A stretch of DNA of 64,000 nucleotides from positions 1-64,000 of the IMG/VR virus record IMGVR_UViG_3300023179_000059, one strand, 5' to 3'. Below, in pieces: positions 40,516 to 50,936 of the stretch (position 1 is its first letter; each line of letters begins with the position of its first letter). A model generated the notes under the pieces. The model was not told where the DNA came from. It was given only the letters and a program-made list of their open reading frames with translations, and made no database searches. Position numbers and translations under genes: made by a program. The stretch comes from a virus (lineage: Duplodnaviria > Caudoviricetes).

Positions 40516-41250
40516 CTATATAAAAATATTGTGATAGCCTAAACATTCGGATACATAAAAATAAAAACGTTCTAGTCCATGTGAAACCTCTCCATCTGTT
40601 CTATAAACATTCTTATTAAAAAAATCTTCATATATACAGCTATGAGTTGTTTCAATAATATCTCTTTTTGCTAAAAATATATTACCAGAACAAAATCTTG
40701 GGTATAGTGATTCTTCTTTTATTAATTGATGTTTTTCTAATAAAATTCTTTGAAGTTCTTTTAGCCATATTACAGTGTGAATAGATTGTACTAAGTTTTT
40801 TCTATATTCAAATGGCATAGATCCATAATTATTTAATAAAGAATTTATGTCTTCAACTTTATTCACATACTTTAAAGATGAAATCATTCCACATTTTTTA
40901 TTTAATAAATAATCATCCTCTACATTTGTTAATATTTCTATTAATTCAATCATCCAAGTTTTTTTATTAATATGTTTATCATGACAAAAAAATACCCAAG
41001 GTTTTTCTGATAAATCTTTTTTAAATGAATAGAAAAATCCATATTGGTCAGTACCAGCATTATCTACATATGTAATATCTAAATCGAAAAATTTTCTAGC
41101 ATGTTCTATTAATAATTTATTATTTGGATTATTTATTATTAATGATAGAAATATTTTTCCAGAACAATAATCTTTAATTTGATTGATTAATTCTACACCT
41201 GTGTCTTTGTAATATAAAAATACATGTGTAGATACTATTTTATTATTCAT
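40516..41250 (-). CDS. RgpF-like (rhamnan synthesis F) glycosyltransferase
   Basis: H.FLYY.D, N.GTD.YGF, FCHDK, F.SGNIF, DG...HGLERF motifs. Confidence 0.65.
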   Translation of the reverse strand: MNNKIVSTHVFLYYKDTGVELINQIKDYCSGKIFLSLIINNPNNKLLIEHARKFFDLDITYVDNAGTDQYGFFYSFKKDLSEKPWVFFCHDKHINKKTWMIELIEILTNVEDDYLLNKKCGMISSLKYVNKVEDINSLLNNYGSMPFEYRKNLVQSIHTVIWLKELQRILLEKHQLIKEESLYPRFCSGNIFLAKRDIIETTHSCIYEDFFNKNVYRTDGEVSHGLERFYFYVSECLGYHNIFI

Positions 41251-41888
41251 ATTTTAGACCAGTAATGACCAAGTTCCATTGGCACTTTAGTTGTTACGCT
41301 GGTTCCGTTATAATTAAAATTATCTAATTTAATTAATCTAAAGTCAACGCTTACTCTACTTACTCCAGTTTTATTTTCTTTATTTCCATGCAATAGATTT
41401 GCACCATTCCATATATAATATTCTCCAACATTTGCTTCCATCGGAATATAATCACCTTTATCTTCTTCTGTTTCTGCCCATATAGTATTTGTATCAAACG
41501 CATCTGTTAGTGGTAAAAATATATTCACTTCATTAGATGAATGATTATATGCCTTATCTTTATGCCATTTAGCAACAGCTATATTATCTGGTGTTTGTAC
41601 TCTGAAAGTTGGTTTGGTTTGATATACCATATTTTCTGCACTAAAATGCTTATCTATTAAATATTGTACAAATTGCTTATATATAATTAGAAACTCGCTA
41701 TTTTCATCTTCATATATTGGATAAAACATTCTATGAAAGATTGTTTTTTGATCTTTTGATGGATCGTCTGGAATTTCTAATCTTTCTTTGGCTACAGTGT
41801 GAATTTGATCTAATCTATCTATATTAAATCTTTTTTGTACAATATCACTAAAATTAAATACTGATGTATCATATGAATATTTTTTCAT
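41247..41888 (-). CDS. 2OG-Fe(II) dioxygenase, StrG-like
   Basis: HxD (WHKD), distal H (LHGN) and SRVSVDFR; VNIFLPLT.A..TNTIW. Confidence 0.7.
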   Translation of the reverse strand: MKKYSYDTSVFNFSDIVQKRFNIDRLDQIHTVAKERLEIPDDPSKDQKTIFHRMFYPIYEDENSEFLIIYKQFVQYLIDKHFSAENMVYQTKPTFRVQTPDNIAVAKWHKDKAYNHSSNEVNIFLPLTDAFDTNTIWAETEEDKGDYIPMEANVGEYYIWNGANLLHGNKENKTGVSRVSVDFRLIKLDNFNYNGTSVTTKVPMELGHYWSKI

Positions 41889-41890
41889 TA

Positions 41891-42571
41891 TTAATTCTCC
41901 AATAGTTTCATAGCAGCAACATTAAACGTACCATGAAAGCCAAACGAGTTATATGTTTTAATATTTTGTCTATCATAAAATCTATGAATAGATGGATGCT
42001 CTACTGAAAACTTATATGCTAAATCTACACTTGGGAAATTTATACCCATTTCTATCATTGCGTTATATGAATAACTACATGCAAACCAATCTTCTGGAGT
42101 TATTAATTTACCCGCTGGAATATGTGGTTGAAACTGTATTTTACTATTATAGTTAAGTGTCTTAGCCGATTGCAAAAATTTCTGACTTCTTAATGAGAAT
42201 CCGCCATTTCCAATATTATTATTTTTTTCGCTTATCCACGGCGCACCTATATAATCATATTGTAAAAATTCTTCTCTCCATAAGTGTGAATTAATAATAA
42301 AACCATCACCTTGAAATGTTAAACAATATTCTGTATCGATATAGTTTGGTAAATCATATAAACAAAATAAAGCATATTCTTCTTGATTTAATGGTGATAT
42401 TTTAATCATATCAATATTATCACAATCAACAATAGTATCTGATAATATTTTTGTAGAACCAAACTCAATATCTTTAATACAATATTGTGCAGCTTTTATT
42501 ATGCCATTTAAAAATTTATTATTACCACATACCGATACTAGGGTTATATTTTTTAATATCATTGATCCCAA
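41891..42571 (-). CDS. DUF5672-family GT-A-like protein
   Basis: FQGDGF, YDYIGAPW and GNGGFSLRS motifs. Confidence 0.7.
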   Translation of the reverse strand: MGSMILKNITLVSVCGNNKFLNGIIKAAQYCIKDIEFGSTKILSDTIVDCDNIDMIKISPLNQEEYALFCLYDLPNYIDTEYCLTFQGDGFIINSHLWREEFLQYDYIGAPWISEKNNNIGNGGFSLRSQKFLQSAKTLNYNSKIQFQPHIPAGKLITPEDWFACSYSYNAMIEMGINFPSVDLAYKFSVEHPSIHRFYDRQNIKTYNSFGFHGTFNVAAMKLLEN

Positions 42572-43302
42572 GCCCCAACCATGTTTGAAAAATAATTATT
42601 TCCTAGATAATAATCTCTCTTAAAAGCTTCTGATTGTAACCAAGGATTTAATGTAGATCCAATGTCTAAATAAGTATTATATGGACAATCTTTAGTTAAT
42701 TCATATGCTAAAATATTTCCAAATGGTCCACAGCAAAAAAGAACTAATAAATCTTCTACACCTTGTGATTTAAGATTTGTCAGTAATATCTTTGCACTAT
42801 CTATATAATCCCAGTTATATTGCCAAGCATTATTTTCAACTGGAAATATAACATATGGAACAAATGGTAAATTTTCTATTTTACCACGTTTATTACAAAA
42901 TAATACAACATCTCTATTTTTAAATAGTGGAACAATTTCGTTTATAAAATAAATATAGTTTGAATTAACCCAAATATCGGCCCAAGTTAATCTATCTTCT
43001 GGAAGGCCCGATATCATCTTCATTCTTCTATGTGTTTCAATTCCAAATACATTGACACACGTTATACCAACAAAATATCTATCATTATTATACTGAAACG
43101 CATCTAATAATTTTTTTCTTTTAAATGTATCTGTCGATGGGTCAAAATTAAATTCTTTATTATCTATATGATTATTTTGAAGTACAGCCCATTCGCCATC
43201 ACAAAATTTAGAAAATGTTATTCTTTCTCCACTTTGTATAGCTTCTTTTAAAATTACTATATCTTGTTGATAATTTTTATTCGGTGGTGTTGTAAATTTC
43301 AT
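42559..43302 (-). CDS. GT-D fold (DUF1792-like) glycosyltransferase
   Basis: FSKFCDGE, LFCCGP.G and LDIGS motifs. Confidence 0.6.
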   Translation of the reverse strand: MKFTTPPNKNYQQDIVILKEAIQSGERITFSKFCDGEWAVLQNNHIDNKEFNFDPSTDTFKRKKLLDAFQYNNDRYFVGITCVNVFGIETHRRMKMISGLPEDRLTWADIWVNSNYIYFINEIVPLFKNRDVVLFCNKRGKIENLPFVPYVIFPVENNAWQYNWDYIDSAKILLTNLKSQGVEDLLVLFCCGPFGNILAYELTKDCPYNTYLDIGSTLNPWLQSEAFKRDYYLGNNYFSNMVGAWDQ

Positions 43303-44060
43303 GTTTTATCTGCCAGTATTTTATATCCATTGTTTCTGATAAAATTCCAATATTGATTCATTCCCATGTTTGCTTGATTATTCCAAGATATTGCAGAGGC
43401 ATCTGTTCCATATTTATTAGCTGTATCTGGCATTGATCCCCACAATTCTTTTTCGTTAACTGGATGTGGTGCAACATATGTTCCCATGTCAAAATACTTT
43501 TGTGCTATATAAGATAAGTGCATATCTTCACCATAATTCATTGGTATTGTTTCTGGCATTTCTGCCCAGTATGCTCTTAAAATATTTTTTGGAAAAAACC
43601 AACAATGACATCCCATATCAACTTGCATTACTTCTTCATTTGGAGAACACCATCCATATGCTTTATAACTTTGTGGCATAGGATATGTATTATTATGTTC
43701 CTTATCCATAACAACCCCCCTAGTTGTTATAACCCCATTATGTTTTGATATTGTATCTAGGCAGTTTTCTATCCACCTAGAGCCGGGAATAGTGTCATCG
43801 TCAATAATACATATATATGGAGTTTGGGCATTTATAGCTAATGTGAATCTACCCCAAACACCAAAATTAGTATTAGATATTACACTGTGGCATTCGTTTA
43901 TTATATTTTGTGGAATATTACCACTATGTTCATTATTTACTAAATTAACCCAAAAGAAGATATCAATATCTTTGAAAGATTGATTTTTAATAGCTGCTAG
44001 CTGTTCTTCTAAAACATATATTCTTTTATATCCACTTAATATAACTGTTACTAGATTCAT
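43299..44060 (-). CDS. GT2-family glycosyltransferase
   Basis: VTVILSGYKR, IIDDD (DxD) and YGED motifs. Confidence 0.75.
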   Translation of the reverse strand: MNLVTVILSGYKRIYVLEEQLAAIKNQSFKDIDIFFWVNLVNNEHSGNIPQNIINECHSVISNTNFGVWGRFTLAINAQTPYICIIDDDTIPGSRWIENCLDTISKHNGVITTRGVVMDKEHNNTYPMPQSYKAYGWCSPNEEVMQVDMGCHCWFFPKNILRAYWAEMPETIPMNYGEDMHLSYIAQKYFDMGTYVAPHPVNEKELWGSMPDTANKYGTDASAISWNNQANMGMNQYWNFIRNNGYKILADKT

Positions 44061-44911
44061 TTTTTTGTCCTTATATTTGAAAGCAAAGTTTTAACTCTAT
44101 TTTTGCTTGTATGTTTTTCTAATATATATGTTTTTAACTCTGAAAAGTCTATCAATCTATCATTATCATTTATATCTAATGTTTTAGATGTCTTTAATAT
44201 TTTTGAAACAGTATCATTCATTTTATTAAGACTATCTTTATTGTCTAAATCAAAATAAACACTACAATCAAAAATAATTGCATCAAATAATGATTGTGGT
44301 AAATATCCATTAAATTCTCTTAATACAATAGTTTTATAAGACTTATATAGTGGTGCTAATAAAAGCTCTGGCAAAACAAAATCTACATCATCTTTTAGAG
44401 ATTCATAATTTGATATGTTATGATAGATACCATCATATTCTTTAATGTTGTTTTTAGTTTTTACTAAAACACCAATGTCAACATTAAATTTAATTGTATT
44501 TTTTCGTTGTAGTAAATTAAGATCTGCTGCGTTACATAAACTAATAATATTTCTATCTTTTATTTTTGGCAAATTGTCCGAATCTAAATACGAAAAGAAT
44601 AATGATGATGTTATATTATTTGCAAAAAAGAACTGAGATAATTTTTGTACATCTTCGTTGCTCATAGCACTTATATTTATTAACACATCAATCTTATTTT
44701 CATTATTATTTATATAATGAATTACATCTTGAGATATTTTATGACCATGTGTAATATAAACATCTGGTTTATATCTATCAAATATGTCATATACGCTTTC
44801 TTTTGAGCTATCACACAAGTATGATTTATGGTCCATTTCTATTAGAGTTTGATGAAAATACATTGGCTGTGTATCTTCTGATGTTGTATAATTATCTATT
44901 ACAAAGTTCAT
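44057..44911 (-). CDS. Hypothetical GT-B-like protein (possibly DUF3880/CgeB-related)
   Basis: FDRYKPDVYI N-terminal pattern; cluster context. Confidence 0.35.
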   Translation of the reverse strand: MNFVIDNYTTSEDTQPMYFHQTLIEMDHKSYLCDSSKESVYDIFDRYKPDVYITHGHKISQDVIHYINNNENKIDVLINISAMSNEDVQKLSQFFFANNITSSLFFSYLDSDNLPKIKDRNIISLCNAADLNLLQRKNTIKFNVDIGVLVKTKNNIKEYDGIYHNISNYESLKDDVDFVLPELLLAPLYKSYKTIVLREFNGYLPQSLFDAIIFDCSVYFDLDNKDSLNKMNDTVSKILKTSKTLDINDNDRLIDFSELKTYILEKHTSKNRVKTLLSNIRTKK

Positions 44912-45672
44912 AGGTGATCCTTTAAATTTTTATAGATTTTGATATTATTTAGTTTTTGTATGGTATGTTTATTTTTTATATAGCATATTTCATGATTTAA
45001 TTTTAGTAAATCATTAAATAACTCAAATATTAATTTATTCTTGTATTCCTCATTATATAATAATCTTCTCAAAGCGTCTAACACTTCCTTTTTTGTAAAA
45101 TATATTATTTCTGACCAAATTTTTTGCGCTCCATAAGAAAAGTGTTCAATAATATTGATTTCGTTTACATTAACACCTATCTCTAGATTTTCTGATGGTT
45201 TATCTTCTATTAGTAAAAAATCACGATTTAAATCTACAGTATTAAAAATATTTGCTGTAAAAAATAGACTACCATCAATTATAAATATTTTTGAATTATT
45301 AATATTATTTAAGCACAGCCTCAAGCTTTCACAAGAATTGCATGTACTAAAAAGTTGATTTTCTACTATTCTAATATTATATTGACTATATTTGTTCTTA
45401 ATATATTTACATAGATTATGAGCATCAAAACCAGTACATATAATAATTTCATTTTTCTTAAAAGATTGATTGATTGCCTCTATTTGAAAATCAATAAGTT
45501 TTCTATCTTTAATATTTATTAGTGATGTAGATCCATATGATTTCATTCTATATCCCGGCATGTCACATAATAAAATAAATGTAACAAATGTTTCAGTTTT
45601 TTCTATTACTTTATCTTTTGGGATAAGTGCTGAAATAGATTTGGTAGATGTTATAAATTTTTTTCTATTCAT
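44908..45672 (-). CDS. Nucleotidyltransferase-like protein (LicC/MobA fold, degenerate)
   Basis: ILLC..PGYRMKSYG.TSLI...KLIDFQIE; FIIDGS. Confidence 0.6.
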   Translation of the reverse strand: MNRKKFITSTKSISALIPKDKVIEKTETFVTFILLCDMPGYRMKSYGSTSLINIKDRKLIDFQIEAINQSFKKNEIIICTGFDAHNLCKYIKNKYSQYNIRIVENQLFSTCNSCESLRLCLNNINNSKIFIIDGSLFFTANIFNTVDLNRDFLLIEDKPSENLEIGVNVNEINIIEHFSYGAQKIWSEIIYFTKKEVLDALRRLLYNEEYKNKLIFELFNDLLKLNHEICYIKNKHTIQKLNNIKIYKNLKDHL

Positions 45673-45673
45673 A

Positions 45674-46438
45674 CTAAATCTCTACATAAAAATCTTCTTT
45701 AGCATAATTAATTATATTTTGTAATGATTGTTCTAGATCTGGATTAATTTTTCCATCGTTTTCTATTTTATATGATAAGTTAGATATTATATATGTATTT
45801 CTATTTTTACATACCAATATCTTTTTTAAATCATTATGTATGATGTCATTTAGTTTTTGAAAAATATCAATATCTACGATATGATCATGATCAATTTTTA
45901 TGTGATATGAATTTCTTGATTTTGATATTACGTTATGTTCCAAAACCGATTTGTTATAATATATACTTAAATCTGATTTCTTAATACCCTTTTTAAGATT
46001 TAATAAATTTTTTCTGCTATCTTTATCTAATGACTGATTGTGATATAAGTGTATGTTAAACTTATTTTCTCCATAGAAGATTGCTTCTATTAATAGTCTT
46101 TGGACATATTGATAATATTCGATATTGTCTATATTATCGCAGTTTATTAGTAGATCAAAACTAATCTTAACTTCTTCTAAAGCCTTTTCAACATCAACAT
46201 TCCCATTATTCCAACTATCTTTATCTCTATATAGTGTGCATAATCTATTAACTACAAAAAATTCTTTTTCATCATCATATGCCTCTGTTATATAAGAGAA
46301 ATCATTAGTAGACAGATTTTTAAACTTATCTATTCTTCCATGAGCGCAGCTAATCTGTGTATTATCTTTATATTCTGCAAACACGCAGTTTTTACAACTA
46401 GTCCTTATTATTTTACTATCTTGTTGCAATGATTTCAT
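45674..46438 (-). CDS. Hypothetical protein with N-terminal Cys motif
   Basis: SCKNCVFA...CAHG...RLC; ORF in the operon. Confidence 0.5.
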   Translation of the reverse strand: MKSLQQDSKIIRTSCKNCVFAEYKDNTQISCAHGRIDKFKNLSTNDFSYITEAYDDEKEFFVVNRLCTLYRDKDSWNNGNVDVEKALEEVKISFDLLINCDNIDNIEYYQYVQRLLIEAIFYGENKFNIHLYHNQSLDKDSRKNLLNLKKGIKKSDLSIYYNKSVLEHNVISKSRNSYHIKIDHDHIVDIDIFQKLNDIIHNDLKKILVCKNRNTYIISNLSYKIENDGKINPDLEQSLQNIINYAKEDFYVEI

Positions 46439-46829
46439 AAATATTTCCCTTTGTAGTAGAAGATTGTATCTTTAAGTTTTTTCCACTTAATAGATCAAAC
46501 ATATATTTTCTTGAATGTATTGATTTTATATTTTGTATCATTTGATTAAATTCTTGCTCAGATAATGTTCCATTTACTATATTTCTAGCAACAATATCTA
46601 GATTAATGCAACTTATAAATAGTGTTCCGCCAAGTCTTAGCTTTGATATTAATAAATTAATAAAACCATCTATATTTTTTTCATCTATCAGATCTAATAT
46701 ATTTGCAACTAAAATTTCTGTACAGGAGTTATTTATTATGCTTTGATGCTCACTTGGTAGCTTTTCTAATAATACATTAGAATATCCAGATATAAATCTA
46801 TCTTCTGTTAATGCTATGTTTAATTTCAT
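46416..46829 (-). CDS. Degenerate SAM-methyltransferase-like protein
   Basis: KLNIALT (no GxG), SC.EI....ILD.I, KLRLGGTL.I...N.D. Confidence 0.5.
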   Translation of the reverse strand: MKLNIALTEDRFISGYSNVLLEKLPSEHQSIINNSCTEILVANILDLIDEKNIDGFINLLISKLRLGGTLFISCINLDIVARNIVNGTLSEQEFNQMIQNIKSIHSRKYMFDLLSGKNLKIQSSTTKGNIYEIIATR

Positions 46830-47824
46830 CTGTTAAATACCTCATAAGTTTCGTTAAAAATAGTATTCCAATTATTGATAAATACTATTTCTGAAAATTT
46901 CTCTAATATGGTTGCTCTTGCATTATTTCCAACAGTCTTTCTTAATTCTTTATCCTTTAGTAATATTTCTAAATATTTTCTTAGTTCTGACTCATCATTT
47001 GATATAAAGCCATTCACACCATTCTGTATAACAGATGGTATCATACATGTGGCAGTTGACACAACCGCACACCCACAACTCATTGCTTCTAATAAAGACG
47101 TAGGAATTGGACTTAATGTAGAACTATTAAAAAATACAGAACACTTATTATATTCTTCTATTAACTCTTCTGTAGATTTTGCAGCTTCCGATAAGCCCTC
47201 GGTATCTCCAATAACTTTTCTATTTAAGCCGTCTGTAACTCTTTTCCATCCAGAAAAATTTAAACAATAATCTCTATTTATAAAATCATTTGCGACAGAT
47301 AATATATGATTCTGTTTTTCTATTTGTAGCGGCTTAAAAGATTCTATATCTATTCCATGATGTATAACGTGAGAATCTATACCAATATTCCAAGCATTTT
47401 GTGAAAATTCAGATATAAATATATTAACATTCCCAATCATTTTTTGCATTTGGATAATTTGTTCTTCTTTTTGAACGCCATACAATGGAAGGGTATGTTC
47501 CAACGAAATAACTGGAATATTAAGCATTGGGGCTATTTGTGAAGCAATCTGAAATTGACCAAACTTACTTTGAGATAATATAAAATCATAATTTAAATAT
47601 GAAGCTAGTTCATTATCTGGTAATATATGATAATTTTGTGGAATTGGACATTGTTTTTCGTTCCACTTCTTACGCCCCTGTACATTAAAAGAATAGAACT
47701 CATGTCCTGTCTTACATAATTGAGTTTCATATCTTTCATGCGTTGGGAAGGTTAAAATACGATATTTATCTCTTCTACTTTCGTTTGACAAAGATATTAT
47801 TCTTTTTACTGAGTTATTAATCAT
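46826..47824 (-). CDS. GT4 (GT-B) glycosyltransferase
   Basis: IHHGID..F; SP.PTSLLEAMSCGCAVV. Confidence 0.85.
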   Translation of the reverse strand: MINNSVKRIISLSNESRRDKYRILTFPTHERYETQLCKTGHEFYSFNVQGRKKWNEKQCPIPQNYHILPDNELASYLNYDFILSQSKFGQFQIASQIAPMLNIPVISLEHTLPLYGVQKEEQIIQMQKMIGNVNIFISEFSQNAWNIGIDSHVIHHGIDIESFKPLQIEKQNHILSVANDFINRDYCLNFSGWKRVTDGLNRKVIGDTEGLSEAAKSTEELIEEYNKCSVFFNSSTLSPIPTSLLEAMSCGCAVVSTATCMIPSVIQNGVNGFISNDESELRKYLEILLKDKELRKTVGNNARATILEKFSEIVFINNWNTIFNETYEVFNR

Positions 47825-48956
47825 TTAGTTTTGTCCTTATTAAATTAGCAATATTTTGATAGCTAAACTGTTCTGCCTTTACTAATCCGGCTGTTCTATC
47901 TATCTTGTTCTTTTGATTTAGTACATATCTCATAGCCTCTTTAGTCATACTTTCACTTGGGCAAAACCACTCTTCTCTTCCAGTAAATAGTTCTGGAAAT
48001 GCTGGATCTGAATGATTACATATATTATAAACACCATCAATTAATATCCCATTTGAAAAACTGTCTATATATTGTGATGGACCACCCTCATTACTGCATA
48101 TTGGAATTTTACCAAAACACATAGCATCAAAAGTAGGTATAGACCAAGCTTCACCGTGAGAAATCCCAACAAAGCAATCGCACGAATTATGTAATGCAAA
48201 AACCTGCTCTTCTGTAAAATTAGAAGTAATAATAATTTCTTTTGGATATTTATTTATATCCTTATGAATTTTTAGCTCTTTTTTAATTGATTGACACATT
48301 GCTTGAATATGGTCATTTAGTTCTTTTTGTCCAACACCATGTTTTCTTAACTTTAATACAAATATTACATTATCTTCTAATGTAAATTCAGAATAAAAAC
48401 ATCTTAGTATTGATGCTATATTTTTTCTATCACTTAATTCACCTATGTAATAAAATTTAAAAGCATTATTATATTCATTAAAATTAATAATTGGATATTT
48501 TGCTTTATATTTTTCTAAATTAAATGTGTGTGGTACACATTCTACATTATTTAATCCATCTATATATAATATAGATTTATAACATTCGCTTGGAACCCAA
48601 ACCTCGTCCATATTTTTTAATTGTTCAAACCAAGATAAATGTTTTATAGTATTTGTTTCACCAACAAAATATGAAACATTTTTTCTAAACTTAGATGTTG
48701 AAACTAAGTGGTGTGGTAAAACATGTTGTATACAATAATCTACATCTTGTAAATTTTTTTGTTCTAATTCTAATATTCTTTCTGGAATAACTGCGTCAAT
48801 ATTAGTTAATTTTACATTCCTACAAACAACATCTATTCCAATACTATCTAAAGCTAGGATGTAATCCATAGCTGCTTGCGACCAACCAGAATTTTCTTTA
48901 TAATGACCTATATATAGTATTTTCATTTTATTGTATTTATCCTTCTGTGTTCCCAA
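47817..48956 (-). CDS. GT4 (GT-B) glycosyltransferase
   Basis: SGWSQAA, DRKNI, HGEAWSIP.FDAMCFGK. Confidence 0.8.
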   Translation of the reverse strand: MGTQKDKYNKMKILYIGHYKENSGWSQAAMDYILALDSIGIDVVCRNVKLTNIDAVIPERILELEQKNLQDVDYCIQHVLPHHLVSTSKFRKNVSYFVGETNTIKHLSWFEQLKNMDEVWVPSECYKSILYIDGLNNVECVPHTFNLEKYKAKYPIINFNEYNNAFKFYYIGELSDRKNIASILRCFYSEFTLEDNVIFVLKLRKHGVGQKELNDHIQAMCQSIKKELKIHKDINKYPKEIIITSNFTEEQVFALHNSCDCFVGISHGEAWSIPTFDAMCFGKIPICSNEGGPSQYIDSFSNGILIDGVYNICNHSDPAFPELFTGREEWFCPSESMTKEAMRYVLNQKNKIDRTAGLVKAEQFSYQNIANLIRTKLND

Positions 48957-50575
48957 TAATTTCTTTTATTGCATAGATTAACCATATGATCATATGCTAT
49001 ATCAAAATTAAATGGATTTCTTGATGTTCTTTGATCAAACGCAGCAGAACTTTCATTAAAATACATTCCTCCAGTTACAGAGGTTGAACTTTGATACATT
49101 AAATCTCTAATAAGTCTTGCTTCCATAAATGAGTTTAATCTTTCTGGCTCGCACAATACTTCTGCAATTAGCCATTTTGCTAATTCTTCGTGCTTAACAT
49201 TTTCTGGTAAGTTTGGTTTTGATTTAGGTTGTTTAATTCTTGGCTGAGATTTCCAAGTTTGTTCTATTGGTAATATTTCTTGACTATCAAAATAATTTTC
49301 CCAAACTCTTCCACTTTTATACCACTGAAAATGTTCAAGGAACTTTTGCCTTGTATTAAATCCCATCATCTTTCTTATTTCTTGTGGCTTATCAAAAAAT
49401 TCCTTGAATAATGAAGCTGCCAAGGAATTATCTGGAACCGCTCTAAAACATCCAGTTTCTAATTCTTTGTACAGTGCCTTTGGTTTAATTGGAATTCCAT
49501 CAAGCTGTCTAAGTACACTTTCCATCGCAGAATAGTCTGTACCAGCAACGGGGACTCCGCAAGCCGCAGCTTCCACCTGTGGAAGACCAAATCCCTCACA
49601 GTTTGCATACTGTACATATAAATCAAATAAGTTAATTATTTTAGCTAGGTCTTCATAGCTTAATCCTTGACGAACATTAGATAATGTCGCACCATATTGA
49701 CCGCTATATGGTGATTGAATTATAGCCCCTTTAAATAATGAAGGAAACGGCTTCCCAGTTTGTGAACATATATAAGTAAATAAAACGTGTGAAGATAATT
49801 GATATTGATGTAGAAGTTCTGGTATGTCCCATCCCAAATCTGGATAACTTGTATGGCAATATAGTATATATTGATTTTTATTTTCTACCATATCCAGAAA
49901 TTGTCTGAATGCATTAAATAGATCTGGATATAATTTTCTTCTTTGATTTCTCATAACAGTCCCAATTATTTTAATACTGGGATCTAATCCTAAAGAAGTT
50001 TTTAATAAAGTTTTATTTTCAATTGGTTGATATGCTGGGTGTGCGGATGGCGGTGAACTACCTAAATAATTAATTTTTCCACCAGACTGTTCCATTAAAA
50101 CTCTACCAGCCCAATCAGAATATGTCAAGCAAGCATCAGCAGATTGATATGTTGCTATCCACTGTCTTGCTTGTGGATAAGCATCAACAGTTGGCATTAT
50201 TACCCAGCGAAAATAATTTCTAAATGGAGATCTCTCAACGAAATCTAACATCCAGAAATCTCGTATATCACAAACAAAATCTGGTTGATATTCTAAGCAA
50301 ACTTCTTCAAATCTAAATTCACCAAATTGATTGGTTGGCATAGATGCATACATTTGCTTTTCTTGATCACTGTCATTTTGATTTGGCATTACGCCATAAA
50401 ATTTCCAAGGTATATTTTTTGCTCTTGTATCATTTTTTTCGCCATAAGAGGCAAGTTCAGCCAACTCATATTTATTTGTGCTATGAAGATAATTTAATAT
50501 CTCTCTTGTGTATGTGGCATATCCAGTATTTAAAAATGTAGCTTCACTACAAAATAAAATTCTTTTTTTTCTCAT
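48923..50575 (-). CDS. GT4 (GT-B) glycosyltransferase
   Basis: TGYATY, RNQRRK, CEGFGLPQVEAAACGVPV. Confidence 0.85.
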   Translation of the reverse strand: MRKKRILFCSEATFLNTGYATYTREILNYLHSTNKYELAELASYGEKNDTRAKNIPWKFYGVMPNQNDSDQEKQMYASMPTNQFGEFRFEEVCLEYQPDFVCDIRDFWMLDFVERSPFRNYFRWVIMPTVDAYPQARQWIATYQSADACLTYSDWAGRVLMEQSGGKINYLGSSPPSAHPAYQPIENKTLLKTSLGLDPSIKIIGTVMRNQRRKLYPDLFNAFRQFLDMVENKNQYILYCHTSYPDLGWDIPELLHQYQLSSHVLFTYICSQTGKPFPSLFKGAIIQSPYSGQYGATLSNVRQGLSYEDLAKIINLFDLYVQYANCEGFGLPQVEAAACGVPVAGTDYSAMESVLRQLDGIPIKPKALYKELETGCFRAVPDNSLAASLFKEFFDKPQEIRKMMGFNTRQKFLEHFQWYKSGRVWENYFDSQEILPIEQTWKSQPRIKQPKSKPNLPENVKHEELAKWLIAEVLCEPERLNSFMEARLIRDLMYQSSTSVTGGMYFNESSAAFDQRTSRNPFNFDIAYDHMVNLCNKRNYWEHRRINTIK

Positions 50576-50886
50576 TATTCATAATCCTGTTGACAGAAAT
50601 CAAACTCATTAACTCTAAAAATAACTGATTTATTATCCTTGGAGTAATTTTTAGCAGAAGCACTTACTGTTATTTTTGTTCCCTTTTGAGCAAACTTTTC
50701 TATTGTCTCTGCTCCAGTGTGCCAAGCTTCACATTGTATAAATGTTGGAATTCTCGTCTTTTCGCCAGTATTTTTTGATCGCCTATATGTATAGACGACG
50801 ATTGTAAATTCTGCTAAAACTACATCGTCAACAACTGAAACATGAGGATTATCTGTTAGATATCCAGTAAAGCAACAAATATTCAT
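50575..50886 (-). CDS. ssb: Single-stranded DNA-binding protein
   Basis: N.CCFTG.LT..P...FT......T.FI.CEAW..GAE......KG..I.V OB-fold pattern; no long acidic tail. Confidence 0.8.
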   Translation of the reverse strand: MNICCFTGYLTDNPHVSVVDDVVLAEFTIVVYTYRRSKNTGEKTRIPTFIQCEAWHTGAETIEKFAQKGTKITVSASAKNYSKDNKSVIFRVNEFDFCQQDYE

Positions 50887-50936
50887 TTTATCTCCTATCT
50901 TAGTATATTAGGTGTTTCACTATTAAAAAAACAATA

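Noticed and set aside
50887-50936. Possible promoter upstream of ssb (TTGTTT...TAATAT/TATACT)
   Set aside because: Spacing of 18 or 21 nt and weak -35 in very AT-rich DNA; not distinguishable from chance
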